Part shown: positions 14,642 through 26,486 of the stretch, one piece after another
Layout: every line of letters begins with the position of its first letter
How positions within the stretch are numbered: the stretch's first letter is position 1
NCBI GenBank assembly: GCA_964016885.1
Contig: OZ024742.1
Location: 325,624,001 to 325,688,000, forward strand
DNA from: Eledone cirrhosa
Lineage: Eukaryota
Length of the DNA stretch: 64,000 bases
Reading direction: 5' to 3'
Position numbers and translations under genes: made by a program
The notes under the pieces: generated by a model
Seen by the model: the letters and a program-made list of their open reading frames with translations, nothing else
What the model was told of the DNA's origin: nothing
Database searches by the model: none

Positions 14642-15144
14642 ATGATATTAAATAAATGGAAACTATATTTATAAAACTATATTTATTCTATTATATATAT
14701 TTCAAGGGTACCAACACTTTTGAACTATCTCATCAGATAAAATACAAAGTTTGTTTTATAATTATTGACATAACCAGGAAGAAGAATTTAACGGTTCAAG
14801 TTTTTCGAGGATAGTAAAGGAAAGAAGGGAAAGAGAAGAACAGTCAAATATTTCAATTTATTAAGATGAGTATCCAAATGAGGTTGAGGTATATCCCTTT
14901 TGCTTATATATATATATATGCATATATAAATACATACACACCCACACATATATATATATATTATATATATATCTATGTATATATATAAATTTATATATAT
15001 TAAAAGCTTGAAATACAGCATTTACAACAATGTATATACATATCATTAAACTAATATATTCCTTCCCTATACTGTACCGTTTGTGTTGTTATTTCTGATT
15101 ACATTTTTCGCATATATATATAGAGAGAGAGAGAGATGTATATT

Positions 15145-15285
15145 TACTCAATACTTGGGGTAGTAGAGTGGGTAATATGAACCAGTAAGACCCCGACGGC
15201 TGAGCTCAAGCCGTTTCGACGGCTAATTCTGTCCAGAATTAGCCGTCGAAACGGCTTGAGCTCAGCCGTCGGGGTCTTACTGGTT

Positions 15286-15326
<41 letters not shown>

Positions 15327-15398
15327 ATGTGTGTGTATGTGTGTGCATGTATGTATATTTATGTATACATACATACATGCACACACATACACACACAT

Positions 15399-15481
<83 letters not shown>

Positions 15482-15485
15482 ACAT

Positions 15486-15554
<69 letters not shown>

Positions 15555-15740
15555 AACCAGTAAGACCCCGACGGCTGAGCTCAAGCCGTTTCGACGGCTA
15601 ATTCTGGACAGAATTAGCCGTCGAAACGGCTTGAGCTCAGCCGTCGGGGTCTTACTGGTTCCTATTACCCACTCTACTACCCCAAGTATTGAGTACTTTG
15701 GTGCGTTATGGTCCACCTGGTTCCTTACCACATTTCCTTG
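15145..15740. mobile_element. Two ~110-bp palindromic PLE-terminus elements in opposite orientation (15145-15287 and 15553-15740)
   Basis: GGAACCAGTAAGACCCCGACGGCTGAGCTCAAGCCGTTTCGACGGCTAATTCTG followed by its reverse complement, plus a one-sided tail TATTACCCACTCTACTACC... Confidence 0.85.
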
Positions 15741-16210
15741 GTTATATATATATATATATAGATATATATATACTTATAGTATAAAAAGTGGGTATGAAAA
15801 TATGTCGAATATTGTTGTAATGGTGTCAGAGAAGAAATATCCTAACATCAGCAATGGGTATTATGACACATATAGTGATTGACACGATATATAATTTCAA
15901 CTGACAAAGTAATATTGTTCTTAAAAGAGTTTACAGCGTACATTTTGAATATATATATCTCGAATTTCATTTGGTCAAATATATTCAAGATATTACGTAA
16001 GCTTCTTTTGCTATCAAAAATGAGATGTGAAATGTGTGAACTAGAAATATGATAACATGTTGTCTTCTTTTAAATTGTTAACTGAGTGCATAAATGTCGG
16101 AAACATAAAAAAATCTATAAATTATGTAAATGGAAACATACACAGCCCTGTATATTGATATCTATCTATCCATTTGTATGTCTATCTTTATGTCGTTCTC
16201 ACCATCTCTT

Positions 16211-16241
<31 letters not shown>

Positions 16242-16337
16242 TTACGTATAGCACGGAGCATATGTGCATAAATACCCATGCACCGTGTTGTATTATGACA
16301 GTATTGTAGTAGCTCAATGTACAAGAACAGAGCCGTT

Positions 16338-17786
16338 ATATGTAAAAGAAACCAAAGAACGCTTACTTACTTAAACAGTTTTTATTTTCTCACAATGTTT
16401 CATCCATACCGTTTGGTAGGATTCCTCAGAGCTTAATAAACACAGTGCTGAGTATAAGCTATACCAGGTTTAGTCACACGAACAATTGAAATACAATAGA
16501 GGGTAAAGATAGTGAGATCGGTGATGGCGAACAAGGAGGAAGTACATGTTGGGGTTGTTAAGCACCACAGCCAAATGCTAGGGCACAAGCAGATCTCACA
16601 AAATGCAGATACAATTGATGGCACACAAAAGCAAAAAATACAAACAATGGTTAAAACATAATAATAACAAAAAATAATAATAAAATAATATAATAATAAT
16701 AAAAAAATAAAAGGAAGATAATATAAAGAGATAAAAAGTAAATAAAAAGGTAAAAGAATTTAAAAAATTTGTTTAAAAGAAATGAAAACAGAATGAAGAT
16801 AAAAGAAAGAGTTTTAAGCCACATGAAAAATCCAGAGGAAATTAAGCGCTGGTCCCTAATAAAACGAGTGAATAAGATCTCCGTAACTTATAGTTATATA
16901 AGCACAGAAAAGTACATCCAGAAAGACCACAGTAATCAAAATCTCCGCCATGGTATACATATACAAGGTATACTGGTAGGTACCCGAATTACGTAGCCCA
17001 TGGTGCTCCTCAAGCATATAGACAGGAATCATAAAATGTAATCCATACACAAGTAAATTATGGTTATTACAGGATAGAGCTGAGTATAACAAGTATATAG
17101 ACAGTCATCACATATAAAGCAAACCATACACAAGGAAAGCGGGGTTACTGTAAAATAGAGCTGAAGCAAAAGCCCCACAATCATATTTTAGTTACTGTAA
17201 AACTCCTGGCAAAGAGTTACTACACATGTATATTAACCGTATAGGCTAGACCAATCGATTACATATGTCCCGAATGTCTAGGGGTTAAATAGAAATAGGA
17301 TTGTCAGTAGATAACAAATCCGTCTAAATAATACAGCATATGTAGATCGTTCAAAAGTAAAAAATAGTTGGATATAAATGATCACTCAAACATAACATCA
17401 CATCCAGTGACAAGAATTACATGCTGGATTTATACATAAAAAAACTCCCATATGTTTAAGATCCAAGGCCGTATATCATAATGTGTTCAAGTTTCAGTTC
17501 CAGATTTAAAACAACCAAAGTCTCCACACACAATCCGGTCACGAACACGTCAAAAACAATGCCTGGTAACAGCAGCAGCGATACGAACACGTTGGTAAAC
17601 AATCACGTAAATTTATAAATCTGGCTCAAAATACCGTGTTACTTTGTTGATCGCCGCTAAGTGTATAAAAATCCTGGTAGAGCACTGTGTTTATTAAGCT
17701 CTGAGGATTTCTACCAAACGGTATGGATGAAACATTGTAAGCAAATAAAAACTCTTTGAGTATGTAAGGGTTCTTTGGTTTCTGTT

Positions 17787-17792
<6 letters not shown>
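16338..17792. mobile_element. PLE remnant with ~110-bp inverted termini, each carrying an HHR motif
   Basis: 16338-16448 is inverted at 17681-17792. The plus-strand HHR at 17698-17742 reads GCT CTGAGGA ..CTACC-AAAC-GGTA.. GAAA CATTG TA AGC. Confidence 0.7.
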
Positions 17793-17841
<49 letters not shown>

Positions 17842-17843
<2 letters not shown>

Positions 17844-18010
17844 GTATTACCCGGCGTCGAAGACGCTACATGTTTCCTAACATAAGTCTCAAAAATGTAC
17901 CGTGCGTCCTGGAGGCCGAAGGTTGATTATTATATTTTTTTCAAATTTTTGGTTTTCAAAATTAAGGTGCGTCCTCGAGGACGAAGCGTCTTCGGCGCCG
18001 GGAAGTGTGG
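17842..18010. mobile_element. Tc1/mariner-pogo-type MITE
   Basis: Imperfect TIRs CCGTATTACCCGGCGTCGAAGACGCT / AGCGTCTTCGGCGCCGGGAAGTGTGG, with TA on both sides. Confidence 0.75.
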
Positions 18011-18069
18011 TATATATGTGTGTGTGTGTATGTGTGGGTATGTGTGTGTGTGTGTGTGTGAATGTGCGT

Positions 18070-18234
18070 AATTTGTTCTACTTTTGGCACAAGGCCGGCA
18101 ATTATCCCAGTGTATTACTGGTACTTTATTTTATCGACCCCGTAAGGATGAATGGCAAAGTTAACCTCGGAGGGGCCGTAACTCTGTGCTGAAAAGCATG
18201 GTGTCCGACTCTCTATCGATACTGCCAATCCAGC
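18070..18234 (-). mobile_element. tRNA-derived SINE copy with an internal deletion
   Basis: Reverse complement of the SINE core (CTGGTACTTTATTTTATCGACCCC) and head (TACTGCCAATCCA). Confidence 0.85.
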
Positions 18235-19744
18235 CTGTTAAGAAACAACGGAATCCTCTACTCTCTGAACACATATACATACATACATATATATATATAT
18301 ACAAAGATATTAATTATCCTACACACATACAATATTAATAATCCCACGTAGTGTGTATTTCGTCAATGGCAGGTTCGGTGTCATAATCGATAAACTTTTC
18401 TTTGATTGCTGGCATTGCTCGTCCATCAGACGTTGTGTTATTCAGGATCGGAATATGTTTGTTTCTCTTTAAGCAGAGATGAACACAATCTGATTGCTAT
18501 CTGCTGACAATTTCTTTAAAAAAAAACAAAAAAACAATTAAGGACCAAATTTGTATTCCTATGTTTAACGCATTCGCCTGGTATCCGAGATATGCTAGAT
18601 TCGATCTCGCGTAGACGATCCTCTGTTCAGTTTTTTTGTTTCCTGATGTATTTTCCTCGTTACACTCAATCATCATTTATATTGCTTATCTACAAGTATG
18701 GTCATTTGAATTGGCAGGATTAAAGTTCCTATATTTATATAGCCAGGACACGGCGGATCAATTTTCATGGGTATACTCAAACCCGTATCACACATCACTA
18801 ATGCACTCTGCTTTAGACACAGAGACATACTCCGTTACAAACTGTTTTTCCGTACTCCCTGCATATATATTTTTTATATAGTGCGTGTGTTTTCTCTATG
18901 TAACGTTTAATGTATTTTTTCATATACACCCTCATGTGTATTTTTAATGTATTTTTATGTATTTTTTATATATTTTTATATATGATTTAAGTATATCCTT
19001 TGCATTGTTACTATCAGCTTCCCATATGTAATTTTGTTTGTAAGGTATATTTATGTGGATTATTTCACGTTAGCACCCTAATGCCAACTCAGTCACCGTG
19101 TGCATCAAAGTGTGTCTGCATAAACGTATATACCGCATTCTTTGACGTGTTCCCTATATGTACTTTTTTGTATATTTTACGTATTTCTTCACGTAAAATT
19201 TTTTTGTGTACTCCCTGATGTAAAGCATCATTGCATGTGTCTATGCACTTTCCAAGTAATTTTGTACAGCTTCTTGTCATATGTGTGTATATGTGGCTCG
19301 GAATGTCTGTATATGTATGAGCACACGTGTGTGTGGGTGTATATGGGTAGGGCGACGGGCAAGCCGAGCAATGGTAAGGCAGTTCATAACAACTCGCCCA
19401 TCTAGCAGTAATTTTTGGCGACAGAATTAAGGTGAGTGGCAGCTCACGCCTGAATGGAAATGGTCAGTGGGCAGATTTCAATGGTCAAACACACCGATGA
19501 CGTCTCGAACTATCGACCAATCGATGGGCCGCGCAAACAGGATGATGCCAGATGATAGAAATTGGAAGGATCGGAGTCCATCAGCAAGACGATTTGCTTC
19601 GACATTACTAGACGTAACTGAGGAAGTTGCGAATCCAGAGTCAGGTTCATTCCACAAACAGATCGCACCTCGATCTGTTCACCGGAGAAACAATTGTAAT
19701 ATGTAATAAATTATGTTCCGATGCATCACTGATTCCTCGTTTTC

Positions 19745-19792
<48 letters not shown>

Positions 19793-20017
19793 ATATAATA
19801 GAAGTATTACATCACAAAGTGTTTTGCTTTGATTCTCCTTCACAATTTTCTAATTTTATGTATATATATATATAACCAAATGTTAAACAAGGTTCATTGA
19901 TTATTCAATGAATACAGTTTCACAATAGATTAAAAGCACTCAACAAGGACGTTTTCTGGAGTTATTAATATTATTCAAAATATTAATAAATGGATACATT
20001 CTCATAATAAAAATATG

Positions 20018-20079
20018 TTTTATTATATATATTTCGGAGGTACTGTGTTGTTTTTTCAGTACATCCTCATCAGATAAAA
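20018..20079 (-). ncRNA. Minimal type-I hammerhead ribozyme with intact core
   Basis: Minus strand reads TTTTAT CTGATGA GGATGTACTG-loop-CAGTACCTCC GAAA TATATA TA ATAAAA. Stem II pairs 9 of 10 and stem III is palindromic. Confidence 0.75.
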
Positions 20080-20195
20080 TACATAAATTTATGCATGACA
20101 TACCTCAACTGTGCGAAATATATATAATAAAACATATATTTTGATTATGTGAATGTATCCATTTATTAATATTTTGAATAATATATATATATATC

Positions 20196-20226
<31 letters not shown>

Positions 20227-20234
20227 GTGTGTAC

Positions 20235-20304
<70 letters not shown>

Positions 20305-23181
20305 ATGTGTGTGCATTGTTACACTTTGGGAGAGTCATCGCGCCAATGAAAACACACGCTTCTGATGATCTTCACTTCAATTTATTATAAATTTCTGGTT
20401 GGACGGTTTAATAACCGGATGGTTGTTTTTGTATTGTCAAAGCTCTTTCGTCATAGATTCTGTGACCTCCACAAGGACTGGTTTCGTATATTGTGTCTCT
20501 TCGGTTACCGTAGATGTCTTCTGGCGGCTTGCTCACTGCAAATGTATATAAATATGTCAATAATTACTTAACTGTATAATCAGTTGTTCTTAACAAAAAT
20601 TGATCCTCAAATTATTTATATCTTTCGCACATGTTTGTATTTGCAATTTTATTGTAATTTAATATTTTATCAAACATACTTTTTATAAGCTAATCGTAGA
20701 TATTTAGATATACAGCATGAAATTGTTCCAGGTGTCAGGTTAATAAAAAGTCTGGTTTGTTGTAGAAGGCTAGCATCTGTCAAGGGAAATGTGGAAATTA
20801 TATTTGTTATATAAGAGTCATGAGAGGAAGAAAGTAAGAAAGTAATGTAGATTTTCGAGATAAATATAGAATATAAAGCAGAGAACATGCCAATATAGAA
20901 TACATGCATATAATTAAAAATCGACATGTTCAAAATTAATAGTCTGTACATGACTTTGTTCCACAATATAGCATGCATACACACACCTATAGAAACATAC
21001 AATTATGCACGCACGAGCCCATACGTAATTGCATACTTTATATTTCATATACTGTTATTAAACTGGGACCCTTCCTTTATCAGCTGGCGACTGGAGATTA
21101 AAACGTTCTCAGGAAATGCCCATGATTCTCTGCCCACACTTAGCACATGTTTCCCTCTATTATTCATACAGCTACCACACCTTACCGTGAGCAACTACTT
21201 TAACGATGTATAAAACATTTCTTTTACTGTTCTTCGAAAATTTGATTTTTTGCTTTTACACTTCTTTTCCACTTCCACATATTTAATAAAACATTGTTAC
21301 GCTTCTCGACTTCACACATATACTTCGCACTATACTTCGATATAGTTTCTAAATCTAATGCAATTGCAGCCACGTAGGACATCCATTTAGGGTATTACGT
21401 ATTTTGATAGTAGCCAAGAGATTTGTCTTTGACGCTTAGCACGCTATATTGCTATCATCGTATATCACATGATAACCTGATTGCTTTGTATTCTACGTAT
21501 CGTATATACATTAGTATATATTTGTAGTAATATTAACTTAATATTGGGGAGATTGTAACTCGAAATATAAATTCATATGCTAAACTATCCTTCTAGGCCA
21601 TTTGCCACCAATCAAGTTTTATTCAAATTGATAAACATTAATATTTTCTTACACTATGATCAGGGTACAGGAAAAAAATTATAATACAAATTCGAACATA
21701 ATTGAACTAAATATTCAATAAAACACCAGTGATTCGAATCCCAGTATCAATATTAACATTAAAACATTAACATGATTCAACACATCTCCCACTGGTTTTG
21801 ATTTATGGAAAACATTTCATCGTTTTGTTTCAAAATCTGAACCTGAGAAATGTGACAAACCATGAACATAGGGAATCATAATTTCCATTGATTATTAATA
21901 TGGTTTGAAGTGCTCACAATAGGGCAATCAAATATGCTTTAGTACTGAGCATCAAAGGCAAGAAGTAAAGTGACTTTAGTAGATTTGTTCATAACTTGTA
22001 GATAAACCTTTTATATTTTAGATTTAGATACACCTGCTGATCTGAATTGTTAGATATAGCCGTTAATTATCTTCTATATTAATTTGTAGCATTTGTCCTA
22101 TTAGCTTTTCCATTTACCATTTATGAATTTGTATCTCTGAAGTAAAGTTCTCAAATATCGATTAAACTTCAATGGTTAATATTGATTTACTGCGTCAATT
22201 TAAAAGAAGATCAGACGTTTATTGAGAATTGAGTGGCTAAAATATTAAAAATATTTGAAATATGATATCAATGCCGTTACACAAATGATATTTGCAACAA
22301 TACTTATGCAACCTAATGTGAAAATGAAATTACAATCATAAAGATTGAATGAAGTTATTAAAAAAAACAATATACTCTACGTTCGACATATTGCAATGAG
22401 CTCAACTAATAATTTATCATTCATGAACACATTTTGATGAAAAAGTTTCCAAATCCTGTTTCCGATGCACTTCTGGAGTGTGCAGTGGGGAGAAGAATTT
22501 TATGAGAGATGCATTAATATTTGATGGTACAGCAACAAAACTATGTCTTTCCTGTGATTAATTGTTTTTTCTTTACAAAATTAACTTTTTCCAACGCAAA
22601 CAACCAATTCAGTTCTGAAATCCACATCAATAGCATATAATACCTCGTCTCAATTGATGAAATTTATAATCATAATAACAACAGGAACAAAATAATAGCC
22701 GCTCCATCTTAGGCGACCGATGCATGTCCTTGTACTACAAACACCAAAGTAGAACAGAGGACCACCACATTCTTTCTATCTATCTATATTCCATCACTTG
22801 ATACACCAACACATGATCACGAACCAGCGATGGAAGCCTCTTTGTGGTATTTCAACCTCATAAGCAGGTATAACATGAGGTGTTTATATGCACAAATTGC
22901 TCGACTGCAATTTTTACATAATTTAAAAAAATATATATACTCAAGGTTTTGTAAACAATTGTTTCTTTGTTTACTCACACATGCTAAACACACGTGGTTT
23001 AATAATGATTAAGTGGTCAGTTTCACCTTCGTGTAATGATAAAACAATCTTTCGGTATTCTGTATATGCCAGATTGTCTCCAATATACGACTCTGACTTT
23101 TTTATTCCGCTTCTAACGGATTATATTTCGAATTTCATTGGCTATCTTATAGTCAAACTTTAATAAATATATGTGAACAGA

Positions 23182-23229
<48 letters not shown>

Positions 23230-23567
23230 CCCACTCTCTATATATAAAGTTCCTTTTTAGACCCAGTCTTCCTCCCAACAAGAACGATGAACAGACCTTC
23301 AATATTTAATTTTTAATTTTTAATTATTTTTTAATTCTTTTTTATTGTAATATTTAATATTTGATTAGATGGATTACATCGAAGCCGGTAATATTTTATA
23401 TATTTTATATAATTTATAAAGCACCTTTAAATAAAAATGTTCTCATTTTTTCAGTAATGTCATTATGACGGATCAAAGAAGACAAAAATAAAAAGTGATT
23501 CTTTAAATATATTTCCGCGCTGTTTCCAATCCTACTCTATATATATGTAAGAAAATATTCAGCACCA

Positions 23568-23705
23568 CGGCGGCTGAGCTCCGGACGTTTCGACAGCTAG
23601 ATCCGGATCAGCAGTCGGGGTTCTCAATCCTTTCGTATTACTCACTGTACTACCCCAAGTATCCAGTATTCTGGTGCGTTATGGTCCACCTGGTATCTTA
23701 CTACA
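23568..23705 (+). mobile_element. Diverged, internally deleted copy of the palindromic PLE-terminus family
   Basis: CGGCTGAGCTCCGGACGTTTCGACAGCTAG...GTCGGGG plus tail TACTACCCCAAGTAT..GGTGCGTTATGGTCCACCTGG. Confidence 0.7.
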
Positions 23706-23861
23706 CCAAAATTATTTTTGAAAAGCATTTAGAAATGCGCAACCGGTAAAAACTTAAAACCAAAACTGAATACTAACCAATACAATTACTAATACTCTTT
23801 TATTCCTAATTAAACTATTTTTCAACTGTGAACAATTTGTCAGCATTTTCTATTCCGTTTA

Positions 23862-23892
<31 letters not shown>

Positions 23893-24346
23893 CCAGTCCA
23901 ATCCAAGACCTTCTCATTCCTGCTGGAAGAAGCCCTTCCTGGTTGACCTGCACTGATATCTGATTGACCTTGGTAATCTCAGGAGTGCAGCCTTCTTCTC
24001 AACTCTTGGAAGTTATTGGTTGCTCAGTATATGTAACCCATAGTTGAGGTGGATGAGCCTTTCTTCTGAGGGGTTCATCAGTTCATTTAACATCCCTTTT
24101 ATTTTGTGCTGTTAACTCACCGCTTACCATCCTCACCAGAGTCTAGTGGGAGCGTGGGTTTTGTCACAGAATTCACCATATATAATTAAAGTTCTGCTAC
24201 AACATACCTGTATACATATAGATATGTGAATTTCGTAAACATACAGTATATCATTAGATACACGAAATTAACGCACGGGCGCGCGTGCGCGCACACACAC
24301 ACGCACGTATATATATCTATATATATATCTATATATATATATATAA

Positions 24347-24448
24347 GGAGGTTGACTTTGCCTTTCATCCTTATGGGGTCGATAAAATAAAGTACCAGTA
24401 ATGCACTGGGTAATTGCTGGCCGTGTGCCTAAAGTAGAAACAATTATT
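24347..24448 (+). mobile_element. 5'-truncated SINE
   Basis: Core and tail only. Confidence 0.8.
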
Positions 24449-24995
24449 TAAATGACACAAAATTTACATTAAACTACTTTTTAATTTCATACTTTGTTAT
24501 TTTTCTTCTGTTTCACACTCTCACAATTACATCTCGCCATCTTTCTATCTATGTATAGAAACACATATATGTGAGTGCGTGTGTATTTTATTTAATCGCC
24601 ACCTTCACCTCCACTAATTATCTAAATATCTTCTAGCGCAAGATATATTTCATATCACAATTTTAAATTTCACCTTCTAACATCGATATTCTCCTAGAAT
24701 TTAAAATATACATACTATTTATTTAGAAGTCAAGAATGTAATGCTTCGCTATCAATTATTCAAAATAAATTTCCTTTTCGCATCAATCTGATTCCACTTT
24801 AATAACGTTTAATATTGCACGGATATTTAAACGTACACGCACCCCCCCATATATATATATATATATATATCAAATTAAAAATCGAGGAAATGATTGACAA
24901 ATATAAACCTATTTATTTTCAAAGTCCCAAATGATTTAGAAGTCGACCATCAGTAGGAGCAATAATATTAAGAAAGACAATTTTGTATTCAAAAT

Positions 24996-25305
24996 TTTGA
25001 AAGGAGGTTTATAAGTATGAATTTTCAGTAGATTTTCGTAGCTGTCTCAGTGGATAGTGGTAGGTACTAGAGACAGTAAAGAGCATGGTCTTGGGTTCAA
25101 TCCTGTTCGAGCAGTACAGTTAATCTTTTTCGGTTTTTATTTTACATCCCATAGAAAGAAAATGAAATGGTTTACCGAGAACCCTACTCCCGACAAGGGT
25201 CGAACTTTACACCAGTACCAACACCGCCTATGATACCTCCTACTAGGCCGCCGAGACAGATACAAGTTTATAATGAAAATTAATAAATATAAACCAACTT
25301 TCAAA
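24996..25305. repeat. Imperfect inverted repeat with two inward-facing tRNA-like heads
   Basis: Plus strand GTAGCTGTCTCAGTGGATAGTGG..GGGTTCAATCC. Minus strand GTATCTGTCTCGGCGGCCTAGTAGG..AGTTCGACCC. The outer flanks TTTTGAAAG/CTTTCAAAA are also inverted. Confidence 0.5.
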
Positions 25306-25468
25306 ACCAAAGTGAAAAATATGTGGTATCGTCCATGGCTCTCCTAGAGCTATTAATCATATTTAGGGTCATATTGTGAATTTTATGGCACTTTGGTAAT
25401 AACCTTATTATTCATATGTGTCTTTAACTGTTGAATTAATTTAATTTGAATATTCTAACAAACAAATA

Positions 25469-25533
<65 letters not shown>

Positions 25534-25535
<2 letters not shown>

Positions 25536-25793
25536 AAGTGTGTTAAGGAACCAGATGGACCATAATTCACCAGAGGACTCAATACTTAGGGTGGTAGAGT
25601 GGATAATAGGAAAATGTTTAATCCCGACCGCAGAGCTCAAGCCGTACCGACGGCTATTTCAGTCCAGAAATAGACATCGAAACGGCTTGAGCTCTGCGGT
25701 CGGGGTTAAACATTTTCATATTACCCAATCTACTACCCTAAGTATTGAGTATTCTGGCGCGCTATGGTCAATCTGGTTCCTTACCACACTTCC
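25534..25793. mobile_element. ~260-bp palindrome; subfamily of the 15.1-15.7 kb element with the tail on both arms
   Basis: GGAAGTGTG..CCCGACCGCAGAGCTCAAGCCGT / ACGGCTTGAGCTCTGCGGTCGGG..CACACTTCC, centred near 25662 and flanked by (TA)n. Confidence 0.85.
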
Positions 25794-26085
25794 TTCATTA
25801 TATATATATATATATATACAGGGAAGGGTCATGTGGTTGTAATAATATTGCCAGAAATAATAACAGAACACACTCAATGTTTGGTTGGTTTTCTGTATCT
25901 TTTATCTCCACAGTTAATTCATTCGGTCCTCAATGTTTATCATTGAATAACCAACGGTCAAAAATACAGATATAATATAGATATAAACACATATATATAG
26001 TCTAACAAAGTTCTTTCGTTGTACATCAGCAGCATCATCAGTGGTACTATTATGTTCCTCCTGTTTTATTCTGTTTTCTGTTATA

Positions 26086-26164
<79 letters not shown>

Positions 26165-26486
26165 TAGCAGTTTAGCCCGGCGTTGCTCGGGTTTATTCAT
26201 TTGCTATGAAAAGTTACATAGAGGTAAACGTGGGTTGAAAGCGAATAAGCTTATCAATTAAGTGCATAAAGCAGCTGAACCGGTTATTAAAAGTTACGAA
26301 CCAATTAGCATTTTGGACAATCAATGATGGGTTAATAATCTTCCAATAGTGAATTTAGCAGACCAAAGTTGCAAGATGGTGGCCCTGATGTCGCTGGGTG
26401 TCACATCTGTCCGCCATGGGTGACCCTACCAGGAAATAGTTTTCCAGACGGCATAGCTCCAACAACTCCAACACCTGCACCAACAT

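Noticed and set aside
15553-15662. miRNA precursor or DNA-transposon MITE
   Set aside because: The sequence is the mirrored terminus of the PLEs at 39.6 and 62.0 kb.
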